Of a DNA stretch of 64,000 bases, positions 1 through 9,622 are shown in pieces. The DNA is taken from the NCBI GenBank assembly GCA_038231455.1, contig JBBRLI010000010.1, positions 32,001-96,000 of the forward strand, given 5' to 3'. The stretch is from Vulcanimicrobiales bacterium. GTDB lineage: Bacteria > Vulcanimicrobiota > Vulcanimicrobiia > Vulcanimicrobiales > Vulcanimicrobiaceae. The position numbers and the translations under genes are program-made. Every line of letters begins with the position of its first letter. Position 1 is the stretch's first letter. Below the pieces are notes generated by a model that was given only the letters and a program-made list of their open reading frames with translations, did no database searches and was not told the origin of the DNA.

Positions 1-779
1 CGCTCGAACGCAAGGCTGCGATCATCGATCAAGCGCTGCCGGTCATAGCAACGCTCGCGCGAGACGCGGATGCGGATCTGGGTCTCGCGCAAATTCTCGG
101 ACATAAAGCCGATTTGATGTTCACGCACTACGCGAAGTCGTTCGATGCGCTCGGCGAAATGCAAGTGACGATCGACCGGCTCGAACTTCGTGACTTCCTC
201 GAACCGCTGGCATCGTACGTCTCGATTCTCGAACTCGGCCTCTACGAAGCGACCGGCAAAATTCACGCCGATCTTACCGCCCGCGGACTCAAACCGCATT
301 CCGAGGATTGGAATACGGCCTTCGATGAAGCGCTTGCGATCCAAGCGCGTGAGCCGCGCAATGCCGGACGTCTTTGGGCCAAAATTCCGCGACGCCGCTA
401 TGTGTGTTTCTATCCGATGGATAAGAAACGCGGCGAAGCCGTGAATTGGTACATGCTGCCCTATCGCGAGCGCGCCGATATGATGCAAGATCACGGCAAG
501 ATCGGTCGCTCGTTCCATGGCCTTGTGAATCAAGTGATCTCGGGTTCGATCGGCTTCGACGATTGGGAATGGGGCGTCGATCTCTACGCCGACGATCCGC
601 TCACGTTCAAGAAGCTCGTCTACGAAATGCGTTTTGATGAGGCTAGCGCCAAATATGCGGCGTTCGGTCAGTTCTGGACGGGGATGCAGTTCTCGGTCGC
701 GCAGTTGCCGCAGTTTCTTGCCGGCGAAGCCTCCCCGCAACTGCTCGCTGAAGACATGCGCGAACTCGTTTCGCGCTAG
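1..779 (+). CDS. chdC: Coproheme decarboxylase / heme-dependent peroxidase (chlorite dismutase-like family), 5' truncated by window edge
   Basis: Frame open from nt 3. Motifs GHKADLM, YPMDKKR..NWYML..ER..MM.DHG.IGR and SIGFDDWEWGV are typical of HemQ/ChdC. Confidence 0.88.
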   Translation, partial: LERKAAIIDQALPVIATLARDADADLGLAQILGHKADLMFTHYAKSFDALGEMQVTIDRLELRDFLEPLASYVSILELGLYEATGKIHADLTARGLKPHSEDWNTAFDEALAIQAREPRNAGRLWAKIPRRRYVCFYPMDKKRGEAVNWYMLPYRERADMMQDHGKIGRSFHGLVNQVISGSIGFDDWEWGVDLYADDPLTFKKLVYEMRFDEASAKYAAFGQFWTGMQFSVAQLPQFLAGEASPQLLAEDMRELVSR

Positions 780-791
780 TATGCCGAGCAC

Positions 792-1685
792 GTGAACCGA
801 CACATCGCAGCACTCGCGATTGGACTCATGGCGCTTGCCGCGTGCTCAAACGAATCTCCGTGGGAATCGTTCAAGGCTGCACCCGCGCTCATCGGTACGC
901 AAACGCTGCCGCTTGGCAACGTCTTGATTCCGGCGAAGATCGACGGCATCGGATGGAGCTGGCTGCAACTAGATCTGGGCGCGGACACGACGTTCCTCTA
1001 CGGCGGCACGATCGCGCGCTTTCACGTGCCCGTCGGATCGGATTTGCGACTGCACGGGGCGCTCGGCGCACACGAGCAATCGTTCGACGGCGTCGTAAGC
1101 GGCGCGATCGACGGCGGTGAGAACGACGGGCGACCGATCGTCGGCGTCCTCGGTGCGGATTTTTTTGTCACCCACGCGCTCGCACTCGACTTCGTTCACA
1201 ACCGCTATGCGCTCGCGCCGACCGTCGCGCGGCTGCCGCATGAAGTAAGCGACGTAAGCTACGTTCCGCTTCGCTACGAGTCGACGGCGACGTACCGCAA
1301 CAAAGTCATCGTGTCGATGGACGTGGGCCCGCGAAGGTACGACCGCGCATTGCTCGACATTGGAGCAAGTCCGTTCGCGCTTGTCGTCAAAGGCAGCGAT
1401 TGGTTCGCCCGGACCGGTCGATCGCTCGGCGATCGACGCAATACCCGGGTAAACGCAAATCAGTTTGGCGCGCCGGTCGAGCTCGTGAGTGCGCCGGCGA
1501 TCGGTGATCTGCGCATCGGCGCTGCATCGCTTGCAACGCCACTCGTGTATACCGTGAGGTCTGGAAAGAGTGCAGCGACAATCGCGCAGCCGTTCGACGG
1601 GGTCATCGGCAATGCGCTTTTCGAGCATCGCATTCTCGTCCTCGATATTCCCGCCGGTCGGCTCGGTATGAAGGTCGCACCGTGA
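792..1685 (+). CDS. Lipoprotein with two retropepsin-like aspartyl protease domains
   Basis: Lipobox LAAC; LDLGA...GVLGADFF and LDIGAS...DGVIGNALF motif pairs. Confidence 0.6.
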   Translation: MNRHIAALAIGLMALAACSNESPWESFKAAPALIGTQTLPLGNVLIPAKIDGIGWSWLQLDLGADTTFLYGGTIARFHVPVGSDLRLHGALGAHEQSFDGVVSGAIDGGENDGRPIVGVLGADFFVTHALALDFVHNRYALAPTVARLPHEVSDVSYVPLRYESTATYRNKVIVSMDVGPRRYDRALLDIGASPFALVVKGSDWFARTGRSLGDRRNTRVNANQFGAPVELVSAPAIGDLRIGAASLATPLVYTVRSGKSAATIAQPFDGVIGNALFEHRILVLDIPAGRLGMKVAP

Positions 1686-2137
1686 TCGCCGAGCGACCCG
1701 ACGGGAAGGCGCTGCTGCAGATCTGTTCGCTTGCGGCGCCCGGACGTCTTAGCGCTTGCGCGTGGTGCGCCGCCGAGCTTCCGCCGCGGCGTCGCACCTG
1801 GTGCGGCGACAAATGCGGCGATGCGTTTTGGACCAATCATTGGTGGACGCTCGCACGCAGTGCTGCAAAACGGCGCGATAAATACCGCTGTATTCAATGT
1901 GGACACAAACCACCCGTACGTCCGAACAAAAAAACGACGGCGAATCACCGGGCGTATCTTGCCGCGATGCGCGATTGGCGCAAAGCAAAACGCACGGATC
2001 GCTTGGAGATCAACCACATCGTTCCGTGCAATGGAACGCACGGGATTCTCAGTTGTTCGCATCACTTGGAGAATCTCGAAACGCTTTGCGTTGTGTGCCA
2101 CCGCGCGCACACTAGCGCCATCCAACGCCCGGGATGA
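1682..2137 (+). CDS. HNH endonuclease with N-terminal Cys-rich zinc-binding region
   Basis: CAWC..WCGDKC; RRDKYRCIQCG..LEINHIVP..HHLENLETLCVVCH; 4-nt overlaps with both neighbours. Confidence 0.85.
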   Translation: MIAERPDGKALLQICSLAAPGRLSACAWCAAELPPRRRTWCGDKCGDAFWTNHWWTLARSAAKRRDKYRCIQCGHKPPVRPNKKTTANHRAYLAAMRDWRKAKRTDRLEINHIVPCNGTHGILSCSHHLENLETLCVVCHRAHTSAIQRPG

Positions 2138-2664
2138 TCGAGGTTGGATATCTGATACCGGGTCAGGAGCGCGAAGCGACGGAACTCTTTGCCGCCGTCG
2201 CCTCCGAGCGACAATGGATCGGAACGGAGGGACCGCTCGACATCGAAGCGCGCACCGCGGGCCTCGTCGGTTCGATCGCCTGCGGTCAACAAACGTTGAT
2301 CGTCGCTCGCTTGAGCGGTCGCATCGTCGGTACGCTCGGTCTCTATCGCGATACGAAGGGACCCCGTACGATTTCTCTTGGCATGATGGTTGCCGCGGAT
2401 CGTCGCGCGATGGGAGTCGGCTCGGCGCTGATCGACTTTGCCGTTGCGCACGCGCGCAGCGCCGGTTATGAGGAAATTGCGCTCGATGTGTTCCCGCATA
2501 ACGAAGCGGCGCGCGCCCTGTACCGGAAGTTCGGTTTCGTCGAAGTCGAGCGGGTGGCATCGGAGATCCCGCGCGCAAACGGAGACCGATGGGATGTGAT
2601 TCGCTGCAAATTGATGCTTCGCACGGATGAAACGGCCACCGATGGGGGAACGACTCTCGTATGA
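2134..2664 (+). CDS. GNAT family N-acetyltransferase
   Basis: VAADRRAMGVGSALI acetyl-CoA motif; LDVFPHNEAARALYRKFGF. Confidence 0.9.
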   Translation: MIEVGYLIPGQEREATELFAAVASERQWIGTEGPLDIEARTAGLVGSIACGQQTLIVARLSGRIVGTLGLYRDTKGPRTISLGMMVAADRRAMGVGSALIDFAVAHARSAGYEEIALDVFPHNEAARALYRKFGFVEVERVASEIPRANGDRWDVIRCKLMLRTDETATDGGTTLV

Positions 2665-2897
2665 ACGATCACGATATCGAAACCAAAATCGAAAAGCTCG
2701 CGGAAGAAGAGCAGTCCATTTTACAGGCCGGAAGCGGCAAAGCAACGCACGAGCACGACCGTCTCGAAGCGATTCGCGTCGAACGCGATCAGCTTTGGGA
2801 TTTACTACGCCAGCGCCGCGCCAAGGAAGAATTCGGCCAGAATCCGGCGGAGACCGAACTGCGCAAAGCGCGCGTGGTCGAGAACTACGTCGAGTAG
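2661..2897 (+). CDS. DUF2630 family small protein
   Basis: DQLWDLLRQRRA..G.NP...R...VVENY pattern. Confidence 0.8.
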   Translation: MNDHDIETKIEKLAEEEQSILQAGSGKATHEHDRLEAIRVERDQLWDLLRQRRAKEEFGQNPAETELRKARVVENYVE

Positions 2898-3349
2898 GTC
2901 GCCTCGGCGCTCTCGCTTGCGGTCACGGGAGTGATGACATCGCTGACGAGAGCTCCGCTTGTGGCCGGAGATTCGGCTACGGCGAACGTCATGGTGACGA
3001 TCGTCCCGTCGGGACCGCTGGTGCGTTCGAAAAGCTGACTAAGAGCCTGCATGATCGTATCGCCGCGCCCGCGATCGGCTTTCTCGTCGACCGTCCAGCG
3101 GCCACGATCGGCGACCACGCCCACAAGGTGCGTATCGTCGGCGCTGATGCGCACGGCGACTTCGCCTCGACGCCAACGATAGGCGTGCTCGACGGCGTTG
3201 TTCAGCGCCTCTGACATTGCTTGGCGCACGTCGTCACACTTACGGTCGGAGAGGCCGGCAGCCCGGCAAAAGGCGTGCAAATGCGCGCGTGCTTTGGCCA
3301 CGCCATGCTCGTTGGCGGGAAAAACGAAGTCGAGTTCCATTCCTGTCAT
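2885..3349 (-). CDS. RsbW-like anti-sigma factor / HATPase_c protein
   Basis: AMSEALNNAVEHAY, VADRGRW, RGRG..IMQAL, GTIVTM; start uncertain (3349 or 3340). Confidence 0.8.
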   Translation of the reverse strand: MTGMELDFVFPANEHGVAKARAHLHAFCRAAGLSDRKCDDVRQAMSEALNNAVEHAYRWRRGEVAVRISADDTHLVGVVADRGRWTVDEKADRGRGDTIMQALSQLFERTSGPDGTIVTMTFAVAESPATSGALVSDVITPVTASESAEATYST

Positions 3350-3533
3350 TGCAGTACTCCGGAAATGCGTCAAACGTCACGGCAACCGACCAGCATTGCC
3401 AGCTACAGTATAGGGCAAGCATGCCCTCTTTAAACCTGAACCCAAGCAATCGGGACCTTTGTTCCCAACCGACATCTTTTTGTAATCGGCAGCCGGGCGG
3501 GCGCACTGAAGTGCCGTACAAGAGGTTGCCTGC

Positions 3534-4730
3534 TTGAGCGGGCGCCTTGCGGCGTTTTTCGTGGCGCTCGTCAGCGCCGAAATTGCGGGGCAAATTCAGG
3601 AAGTCGCAATCGGCTGGTACATCTTCACGCTGCACCATCGTGTGTTTGATTTAGGACTCGTCGGTCTGACGTTGTTTCTCCCGACGATCGTACTCGCGCT
3701 GGTTGTGGGGCTCGCTGCCGACCGCTTCAGCCGCAAAGCGATTATCATTCTCACGATCGCGTGCGAGGTCGTCGCGACGGGCGCGTTCGTCGTCTTATCG
3801 AACCTGCACGTCGATCGACTGGGACCGTATCTCGCGCTCATTCTGCTGCTCGGAATCGCTCGCGCATTCGCCGCGCCGGCCGAACGCGGCATGTTGCTCA
3901 ACCTCGTCTCGCGCGACCGCTACATGCACGTTTCATCACTCTTTTCATCGATTCGCAAAGTCGTCCAAGTCGCCGGACCGGCGCTGGGCGGAGCGCTGGT
4001 AGCGATCGGCACGCCCCTCGCACTCACGACGTCGATCGTGATGCTCGCCATCGGTGGTGTGGCCATTGCGTTCTTACCGCTCCCGGGCCGCAAGCCGGAT
4101 GCGCCGGGCGCACAAACGACGTGGCACGACGCACTCGGTGGACTGCGATTCATTCGCGCGCAGCCCATTATTTTGGGAGCGATCTCGCTCGATCTCTTCG
4201 CGGTCCTCTTCGGCGGCGCCACCGCGCTCTTACCGGCGTTCGCCGATACGATTTTGCACGTGGGACCGATCGGCTTAGGCCTCTTGCGCGCCGCGCCATC
4301 GGTCGGCGGTTTCATCATCGCCGTGTTGCTGGCACGCAAACCGCCAAAGAATCACGTCGGTCGGACGCTGCTGATTTCGGTTGCGGTCTTTGGAGTCGGG
4401 ACCGTCGTCTTCGGAGTCTCGCAATCACTGTGGCTCTCGCTCGTTGCACTCGCTGTGCTCGGCGGCGCGGATATGATCAGCGTTGCGATCCGCTCGGGAC
4501 TCGTTCAACTCAACACGCCCGATGCGATGCGCGGACGTGTCTCGGCCCTCGAAAATGTCTTTATCGGCGCGTCGAACGAACTGGGCGCTTTCGAGTCGGG
4601 GACGCTCGCCGCGCTGCTCGGAACGGTTCCGAGCGTCGTCTTCGGCGGATCGGCAACGATCGTCGTCGTTGTCCTGTGGGCGCTGGTCTTTCCGCGCTTA
4701 GCAAAAATGGATGCGCTACACGAGGCGTGA
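3534..4730 (+). CDS. MFS transporter
   Basis: Many hydrophobic segments; GLAADRFSRK motif A; TPDAMRGRVS. Confidence 0.9.
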   Translation: MSGRLAAFFVALVSAEIAGQIQEVAIGWYIFTLHHRVFDLGLVGLTLFLPTIVLALVVGLAADRFSRKAIIILTIACEVVATGAFVVLSNLHVDRLGPYLALILLLGIARAFAAPAERGMLLNLVSRDRYMHVSSLFSSIRKVVQVAGPALGGALVAIGTPLALTTSIVMLAIGGVAIAFLPLPGRKPDAPGAQTTWHDALGGLRFIRAQPIILGAISLDLFAVLFGGATALLPAFADTILHVGPIGLGLLRAAPSVGGFIIAVLLARKPPKNHVGRTLLISVAVFGVGTVVFGVSQSLWLSLVALAVLGGADMISVAIRSGLVQLNTPDAMRGRVSALENVFIGASNELGAFESGTLAALLGTVPSVVFGGSATIVVVVLWALVFPRLAKMDALHEA

Positions 4731-7103
4731 TGCTGAGGTCGGTTGACCGCTCCGGTGGATCGGAAGTTCGACGATGAATTCCGTTCCGAATCCGGGTGCC
4801 GCTTGCATTTCGAAGCGTTCCGCGAACATGCGAATGAGAAAGAGACCGCGACCGTCTTCGGCCAACGCTTCGCTCGGAAGCGCGGTGACGAGTTCGGCAA
4901 GGCCCGGCCCCGAGTCGCGCAGGCGCAAGATGGGCCGGTCTGCCGTCCAGTCGATGCGCACTTCCACCAGGCCCGGCGCGTGTTCGACGGTATTTGCCAG
5001 CAGTTCGCCGAGGATCAATTCGGTATTGTAGAGATCGCACTCGTGCGCGGCGTGTTGACGTAAGAATCCCGTTAATTCGTGGCGCGCAGCGTATGCGCTT
5101 TGCGCGTGACTGGAATGGAAGCGCCACGTTTTGGAGAGTGACTGTTCACGCGTGTCCGCGTGCAAGCGTTTTGCACTGAATCGAAGCAAGAGCAGCGCAA
5201 CATCATCCGAGGGGTTCTTTTCGCAAAAGATGGACTTTAAGACGGCTTCGGCGCTTAGCGGTGCCGAATCGTTGGCGAGACTTTGGAGGGCGCAGAGGAG
5301 TTGCCGTTCGCCCGTATCGATATTGCGTTCGAATTCGATGGCGCCATCGGTGTAGAGAGCGACGAGCGCGCGAGGCGAGAGGGTGACCGAATGCGTTCCA
5401 ATCGTCAGCGTGCCGCCGGTCACAAATCCCGTTCCCAGCGGACCGTCGCTCGGCGCGGACAGAATTCGCGCGCCCTCGGGCATCACGACGATCGGTGCGG
5501 GATGCCCGGCACTTGCATACGTAATATCGCCGGTGAGCGGATCGAAGTAGGCGAGCAACGCCGTTGCGATCGTATCGCTTTGCGCGCGCAGCACACGATC
5601 GGCCATGACGAGGACGGCGCCGGGATCATCGTTTTCGATTGCCTGCGTGAAGATGGTTTGGCGTAAGCGACCTGCGACGATCGCCGCGTCCAGTCCGTGT
5701 CCCGCTACATCGCCAATTGAGATCAAGAGGCGGCCGTCAGGCATGAGAAATGCATCGTACCAATCGCCGCCGACGACGGCATCGCTTTCGGCCGGCCAGT
5801 ATGTCGCATCGAGCGTAAAATTTTCATGCACGGGAAGCGATTGCGGTAAGAATGCGTCTTGCATCATCGAGGCAATACGTTTGTCGCGATCGGCGTTGCG
5901 GCGTTGTACGTCGATGTCGGTGTTCGAACCGAACCAGCGGATCACGCGTCCGTCGCTATTCCGAAACGGTGCGATACGAGTGAGGAACCAGCGAAACTTA
6001 CCGTCCGCCCCGCGCAGGCGGAATTCCATCTCGAAAGCACTGCCGCGCGCGATTGACTCCGGCCACTCGCGCATGACTTCGGGCAGGTCCTCGGGGTGAT
6101 GGACAGACTGCCATCCCCAGCCGGCGGCTTCGTCGTGCGTCTGGCCCGTGTAGTCGTACCAGCGCTTATTATACCAATCGATCGATCCATCGGCGGTCGC
6201 CGTCCAGAGAATTTGCGGAACGGAATCGCCGAGCGCGCGAAACTCGATATCGTGGTCGGCCTTCGCCCGTTCGACTGCCGCTGAGCGCTCTAAACCCGCG
6301 GCGCGCCTCGCCGAGCGAATCGAGTCGCCCGCGACGGAGATCAACACCGCGAGGCCCGAAATCAACGAGAGGATGCGCCCGACGTAGGATCCCATCGAAA
6401 AGCGCACGAGCGACGAGGCGATGAGAAAGATTTCGCCGATTGCGGCAACGATCGCGATTGCTACCCATAATTCGAGGTCGCTGAGCTGGCGGAAATTGCG
6501 CAGGAGGCGGACAAGTGCGATTACATCGAGGCCGATTGCGATTGCGTAGATGGACCACAACACGCTCGTGAACGCGCCGTTCGGGAGTAGTAGCGCCGGG
6601 AGCATCGCCGTCGCGCCGAGCGCACAGGCGACCGCGATTAGCGAAACAGCAAAAGCGGCGCCGATCACGCGGTCGCTGCGTTGCTCGCGGCGTTCGGGGG
6701 TCCACGTGTAGGCGCAGATCAATGCAGCCCAGCCCAAATGCCAGAACGCCCACATCCACGGCGGCGTTTGGAATCCAAAGGTCGTACCGCTCGTCGCGGG
6801 CAGGGTAGCGACGTTCCCGAGAATTAGGGGCCAGGAGAGCGTGTACGCGCAGGCAAGGATCGTCGCGCGCCGGCTGCGGTGTTCGCGAGCCCGCGCGAAG
6901 AGCGTCGCGGCCGTGAGGAACTCCGTCGTGACCAAAATGGCGCCGTACGCGCCAAAAAACGTCGCGGAAGGTCCAAGCAAAATGTGACGCGTCGACCACG
7001 CCAGGATTGCCACGCCCACCATGAGCCCGACGATGATTGACGCTCGGAGTTGCTCGTTTACGGTCGCGGTGCGTTCGCCTGGCGACCAGGGCTCGTTTTG
7101 GAT
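4716..7103 (-). CDS. Membrane sensor phosphatase: MASE4-like + PAS + PP2C/SpoIIE + C-terminal RsbW-like HATPase
   Basis: QTPPWMWAFWH membrane region; PAS (WYNKRWYDYTG..HPED); VGGDWYD, IGDVAGHG, YTDG, DDVALL; ELLANTVEHA..DSGPG..GRGLFL. First ATG is at 7022; I propose a start at ATC 7103 (see findings). Confidence 0.85.
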   Translation of the reverse strand: MQNEPWSPGERTATVNEQLRASIIVGLMVGVAILAWSTRHILLGPSATFFGAYGAILVTTEFLTAATLFARAREHRSRRATILACAYTLSWPLILGNVATLPATSGTTFGFQTPPWMWAFWHLGWAALICAYTWTPERREQRSDRVIGAAFAVSLIAVACALGATAMLPALLLPNGAFTSVLWSIYAIAIGLDVIALVRLLRNFRQLSDLELWVAIAIVAAIGEIFLIASSLVRFSMGSYVGRILSLISGLAVLISVAGDSIRSARRAAGLERSAAVERAKADHDIEFRALGDSVPQILWTATADGSIDWYNKRWYDYTGQTHDEAAGWGWQSVHHPEDLPEVMREWPESIARGSAFEMEFRLRGADGKFRWFLTRIAPFRNSDGRVIRWFGSNTDIDVQRRNADRDKRIASMMQDAFLPQSLPVHENFTLDATYWPAESDAVVGGDWYDAFLMPDGRLLISIGDVAGHGLDAAIVAGRLRQTIFTQAIENDDPGAVLVMADRVLRAQSDTIATALLAYFDPLTGDITYASAGHPAPIVVMPEGARILSAPSDGPLGTGFVTGGTLTIGTHSVTLSPRALVALYTDGAIEFERNIDTGERQLLCALQSLANDSAPLSAEAVLKSIFCEKNPSDDVALLLLRFSAKRLHADTREQSLSKTWRFHSSHAQSAYAARHELTGFLRQHAAHECDLYNTELILGELLANTVEHAPGLVEVRIDWTADRPILRLRDSGPGLAELVTALPSEALAEDGRGLFLIRMFAERFEMQAAPGFGTEFIVELPIHRSGQPTSASRLV

Positions 7104-7750
7104 TGTTTCGGCCTCCCGCTCGCGGGTTTTTTAGGCCGTACCCTTGCTAGGTTGCAAAGAAACGTGCCCGACGAGACTGTTCAGCCGAAGGTCAATCCTC
7201 TATGCCTTCGTGTCTAAGCGAAGGCCGATACCCGCACCATGCTCGACTGGAGCAACCGGCGACGGGGCCGGGATTACGGCATCAATAGGGGTCTGGTACG
7301 CGACGAAACTCGCCGGTGTGTTCGGGCTTCAAGTTCCAAGACTGATGATCGTCATAGGGCGATTATCGTCGGCGTACGGGGCCTCGTCCGTAAGCGTGCG
7401 TACACTCCGGGATACCAACTGCGCCGAAGCTTACATCGGACGCTTGTGATCGATGCACGAAGGCGCGCTTTTAATCATTGGTTCTTCCGATGGGTTAATG
7501 ACCGCATTGCAGGCAGCGTTGAGTATCCCGTAACCGGGAATCGAATTGATCGGTTCCGGATTGCGTTCGACCGCCTTGATACTCGTTAAAACGTTCGCAC
7601 GTACGGGCGCTGATAACGCAAAAATCAGAAAAAAGACGTTTACTCTGGTAAATAGTCGCACATCGAGCATCGTTCAATCCGCAGGGACGGGAAGTCTTCG
7701 TCAAACGTGATATTCGTCGCAGCGCTCGAGGTCGGCACTCCGCGCGCAGA

Positions 7751-9292
7751 TTATGCTGCGCTCGATCGGGCGCCGCGCTCGATCATCCGGTAGAGTAATG
7801 CTTCTGCGACATGCTCGCGGGTGATGCGTTCGGCCGCCGCAAGATCGGCGATCGTACGTGCGACGCGGGCGATACGATCGAATGCTCGGGCGGAGAGTGC
7901 ACCGCGTGCCATCGCGATGCGGATGAGGTCCATCGCTGCGGGTTCGAGCGAGCAAAGCGCGCGCACGTCGGCGCCTTTGATTTGGGCGTTGCAGGCGATG
8001 CCCGATTCGGCGAGGCGCGCGCTTTGGCGATCGCGCGCGGCATCGACCCGAATCCGAATGGCCTGCGATGATTCCGCCGGCTCGGCGTCGACCATCTCTT
8101 CGAACGAGATGCGCGAAACGGTGACGTGCAGATCGATTCGATCAAGCAGCGGTCCGGAAAGCTTTGCGACGTACTTATCGACCAGCGCATCATCGCAGCG
8201 GCAGTCGTTCGTGCGCGTTCCGCGATAGCCGCACGGACACGGATTCATCGAAGCGACCAGCGTGAATCGCGCCGGATACGTAAACGTTCCCGCGGCTCGA
8301 GCGAGCGTCACCGTCCCCTCTTCGAGCGGCTGGCGCATCACCTCGATTGCGCTACGGCTGAATTCCGGGAGTTCATCGAGGAAGAGTACGCCGTGCTGCG
8401 CGAGCGAAATCTCGCCAGGCTTCGGGATCGTTCCGCCGCCGACGAGCGCCGTCTGCGAAATCGTGTGGTGCGGCGAACGAAACGGTCGGGTCGCGACGAT
8501 CTGCGGTGTTGCTCCGAGCAGTCCGGCGACCGAGTAAATCTTCGTCACGTCGAGCGACTCGGCTTGGCTCATGGCAGGCAGAATTGAGGGGAGCCGTCGA
8601 GCGAGCATCGTCTTGCCGCAGCCCGGCGGTCCGACAAGCAACACGTTATGCCCGCCGGCGGCGGCGATCTCGAGCGCGCGTTTCGCGAGCACCTGGCCCC
8701 GTACGTCCGCAAAGTCGCCGTCGTCGGTACTCGGTGTCCGATCGAGCACGGGCGGAGTCGTCCGGCGACGCCACTTTGCGCCGTGTCCGAGCACAACGGC
8801 TATTGCATCAGAGAGCGTCGCGACAGCGTAGACCTCGAGCCCGTCGAGCAAGGTCGCCTCGGCCAGATTCGCGACTGGTAAGATCACTTTCGTGAAGCCG
8901 TCCGCGCGCGCGGCGATGAGCATCGGCAACATTCCGGCAACGGCCCGAAGCGATCCATCGAGCGCGAGTTCGCCCATCGTCACAAAGTTGGCGAGCGACG
9001 CCCCACCAAGCTGATCGTCGGTCGCGAGAAGCGCGAGGGCGATTGGCAGATCGTAACCCGGGCCGGCTTTGCGAATATCTGCGGGGGCTAAGTTTACCAG
9101 CAATCTGCCAGGTGGATACCCAAAGCCGGAATTGACGATGGCTGCGCGTACACGATCGCGCGCCTCATTTAAAGCACGATCGGGGAGCCCGATGATCGAG
9201 AAGGTCGGTACGCCGGGCGAACTATCGGCCTCGACGCGCACGATATGCCCGTCGACGCCGCGCATCGCGCACGTAAAAGCAGCAGAGAGCAT
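7751..9292 (-). CDS. comM: YifB/ComM Mg-chelatase-like AAA+ ATPase
   Basis: IIGLPDRALNEARDRVR, GPPGCGKTMLARR, PFRSPHHT, GVLFLDELPEF, MNPCPCGY, SGPLLDRID. Confidence 0.95.
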   Translation of the reverse strand: MLSAAFTCAMRGVDGHIVRVEADSSPGVPTFSIIGLPDRALNEARDRVRAAIVNSGFGYPPGRLLVNLAPADIRKAGPGYDLPIALALLATDDQLGGASLANFVTMGELALDGSLRAVAGMLPMLIAARADGFTKVILPVANLAEATLLDGLEVYAVATLSDAIAVVLGHGAKWRRRTTPPVLDRTPSTDDGDFADVRGQVLAKRALEIAAAGGHNVLLVGPPGCGKTMLARRLPSILPAMSQAESLDVTKIYSVAGLLGATPQIVATRPFRSPHHTISQTALVGGGTIPKPGEISLAQHGVLFLDELPEFSRSAIEVMRQPLEEGTVTLARAAGTFTYPARFTLVASMNPCPCGYRGTRTNDCRCDDALVDKYVAKLSGPLLDRIDLHVTVSRISFEEMVDAEPAESSQAIRIRVDAARDRQSARLAESGIACNAQIKGADVRALCSLEPAAMDLIRIAMARGALSARAFDRIARVARTIADLAAAERITREHVAEALLYRMIERGARSSAA

Positions 9293-9622
9293 GCGGCTCC
9301 ATCACACGCACCGCTCGCGCCGCTAGGGTACTCGTATATTTTAAGGCTGGTCAACGTCGTGAGATCCTTAAACGGGGCACAAGAAGATCTTTCGCTAGAG
9401 ACGCTAGCTACCAATTTGACTCTGCGGCTTACGGTGGCGCCCGCCAAGCGAACCATTTGCTCGAGCCGAGGCCTTTTTCGCCTATTCGCGTGTCTTCGCA
9501 TGATTTGCAATCACGCATCGATCGACGCCCCCTCGTGCCCCGTATTGCGCGAAGGCATCGATTTCCGGCCTCCGGAACGCTGGAATCCATGATTCCTTTC
9601 AGTTTCCACACCGTGCACAGGT

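Noticed and set aside
1460-2578. Long shadow ORFs (this one and many other Arg/Ala-rich alternative frames)
   Set aside because: They overlap well-supported genes and are expected in high-GC DNA.
7105-7200. c-di-GMP-I (GEMM) riboswitch suggested by CGGCCTAAA..AGCGGG on the minus strand
   Set aside because: The GGCAAAC..GAAA..GACGCAAAGC P1 module is absent; kept only as an SD-sequestering hairpin.
7144-7449. GGDEF fragment suggested by ITASIGV
   Set aside because: No GGDEF motif or correct motif spacing; likely chance.
9300-9622. SAM riboswitch or small ORF upstream of the trans-sulfuration gene
   Set aside because: No SAM-I consensus; the short ORFs lack recognisable features.
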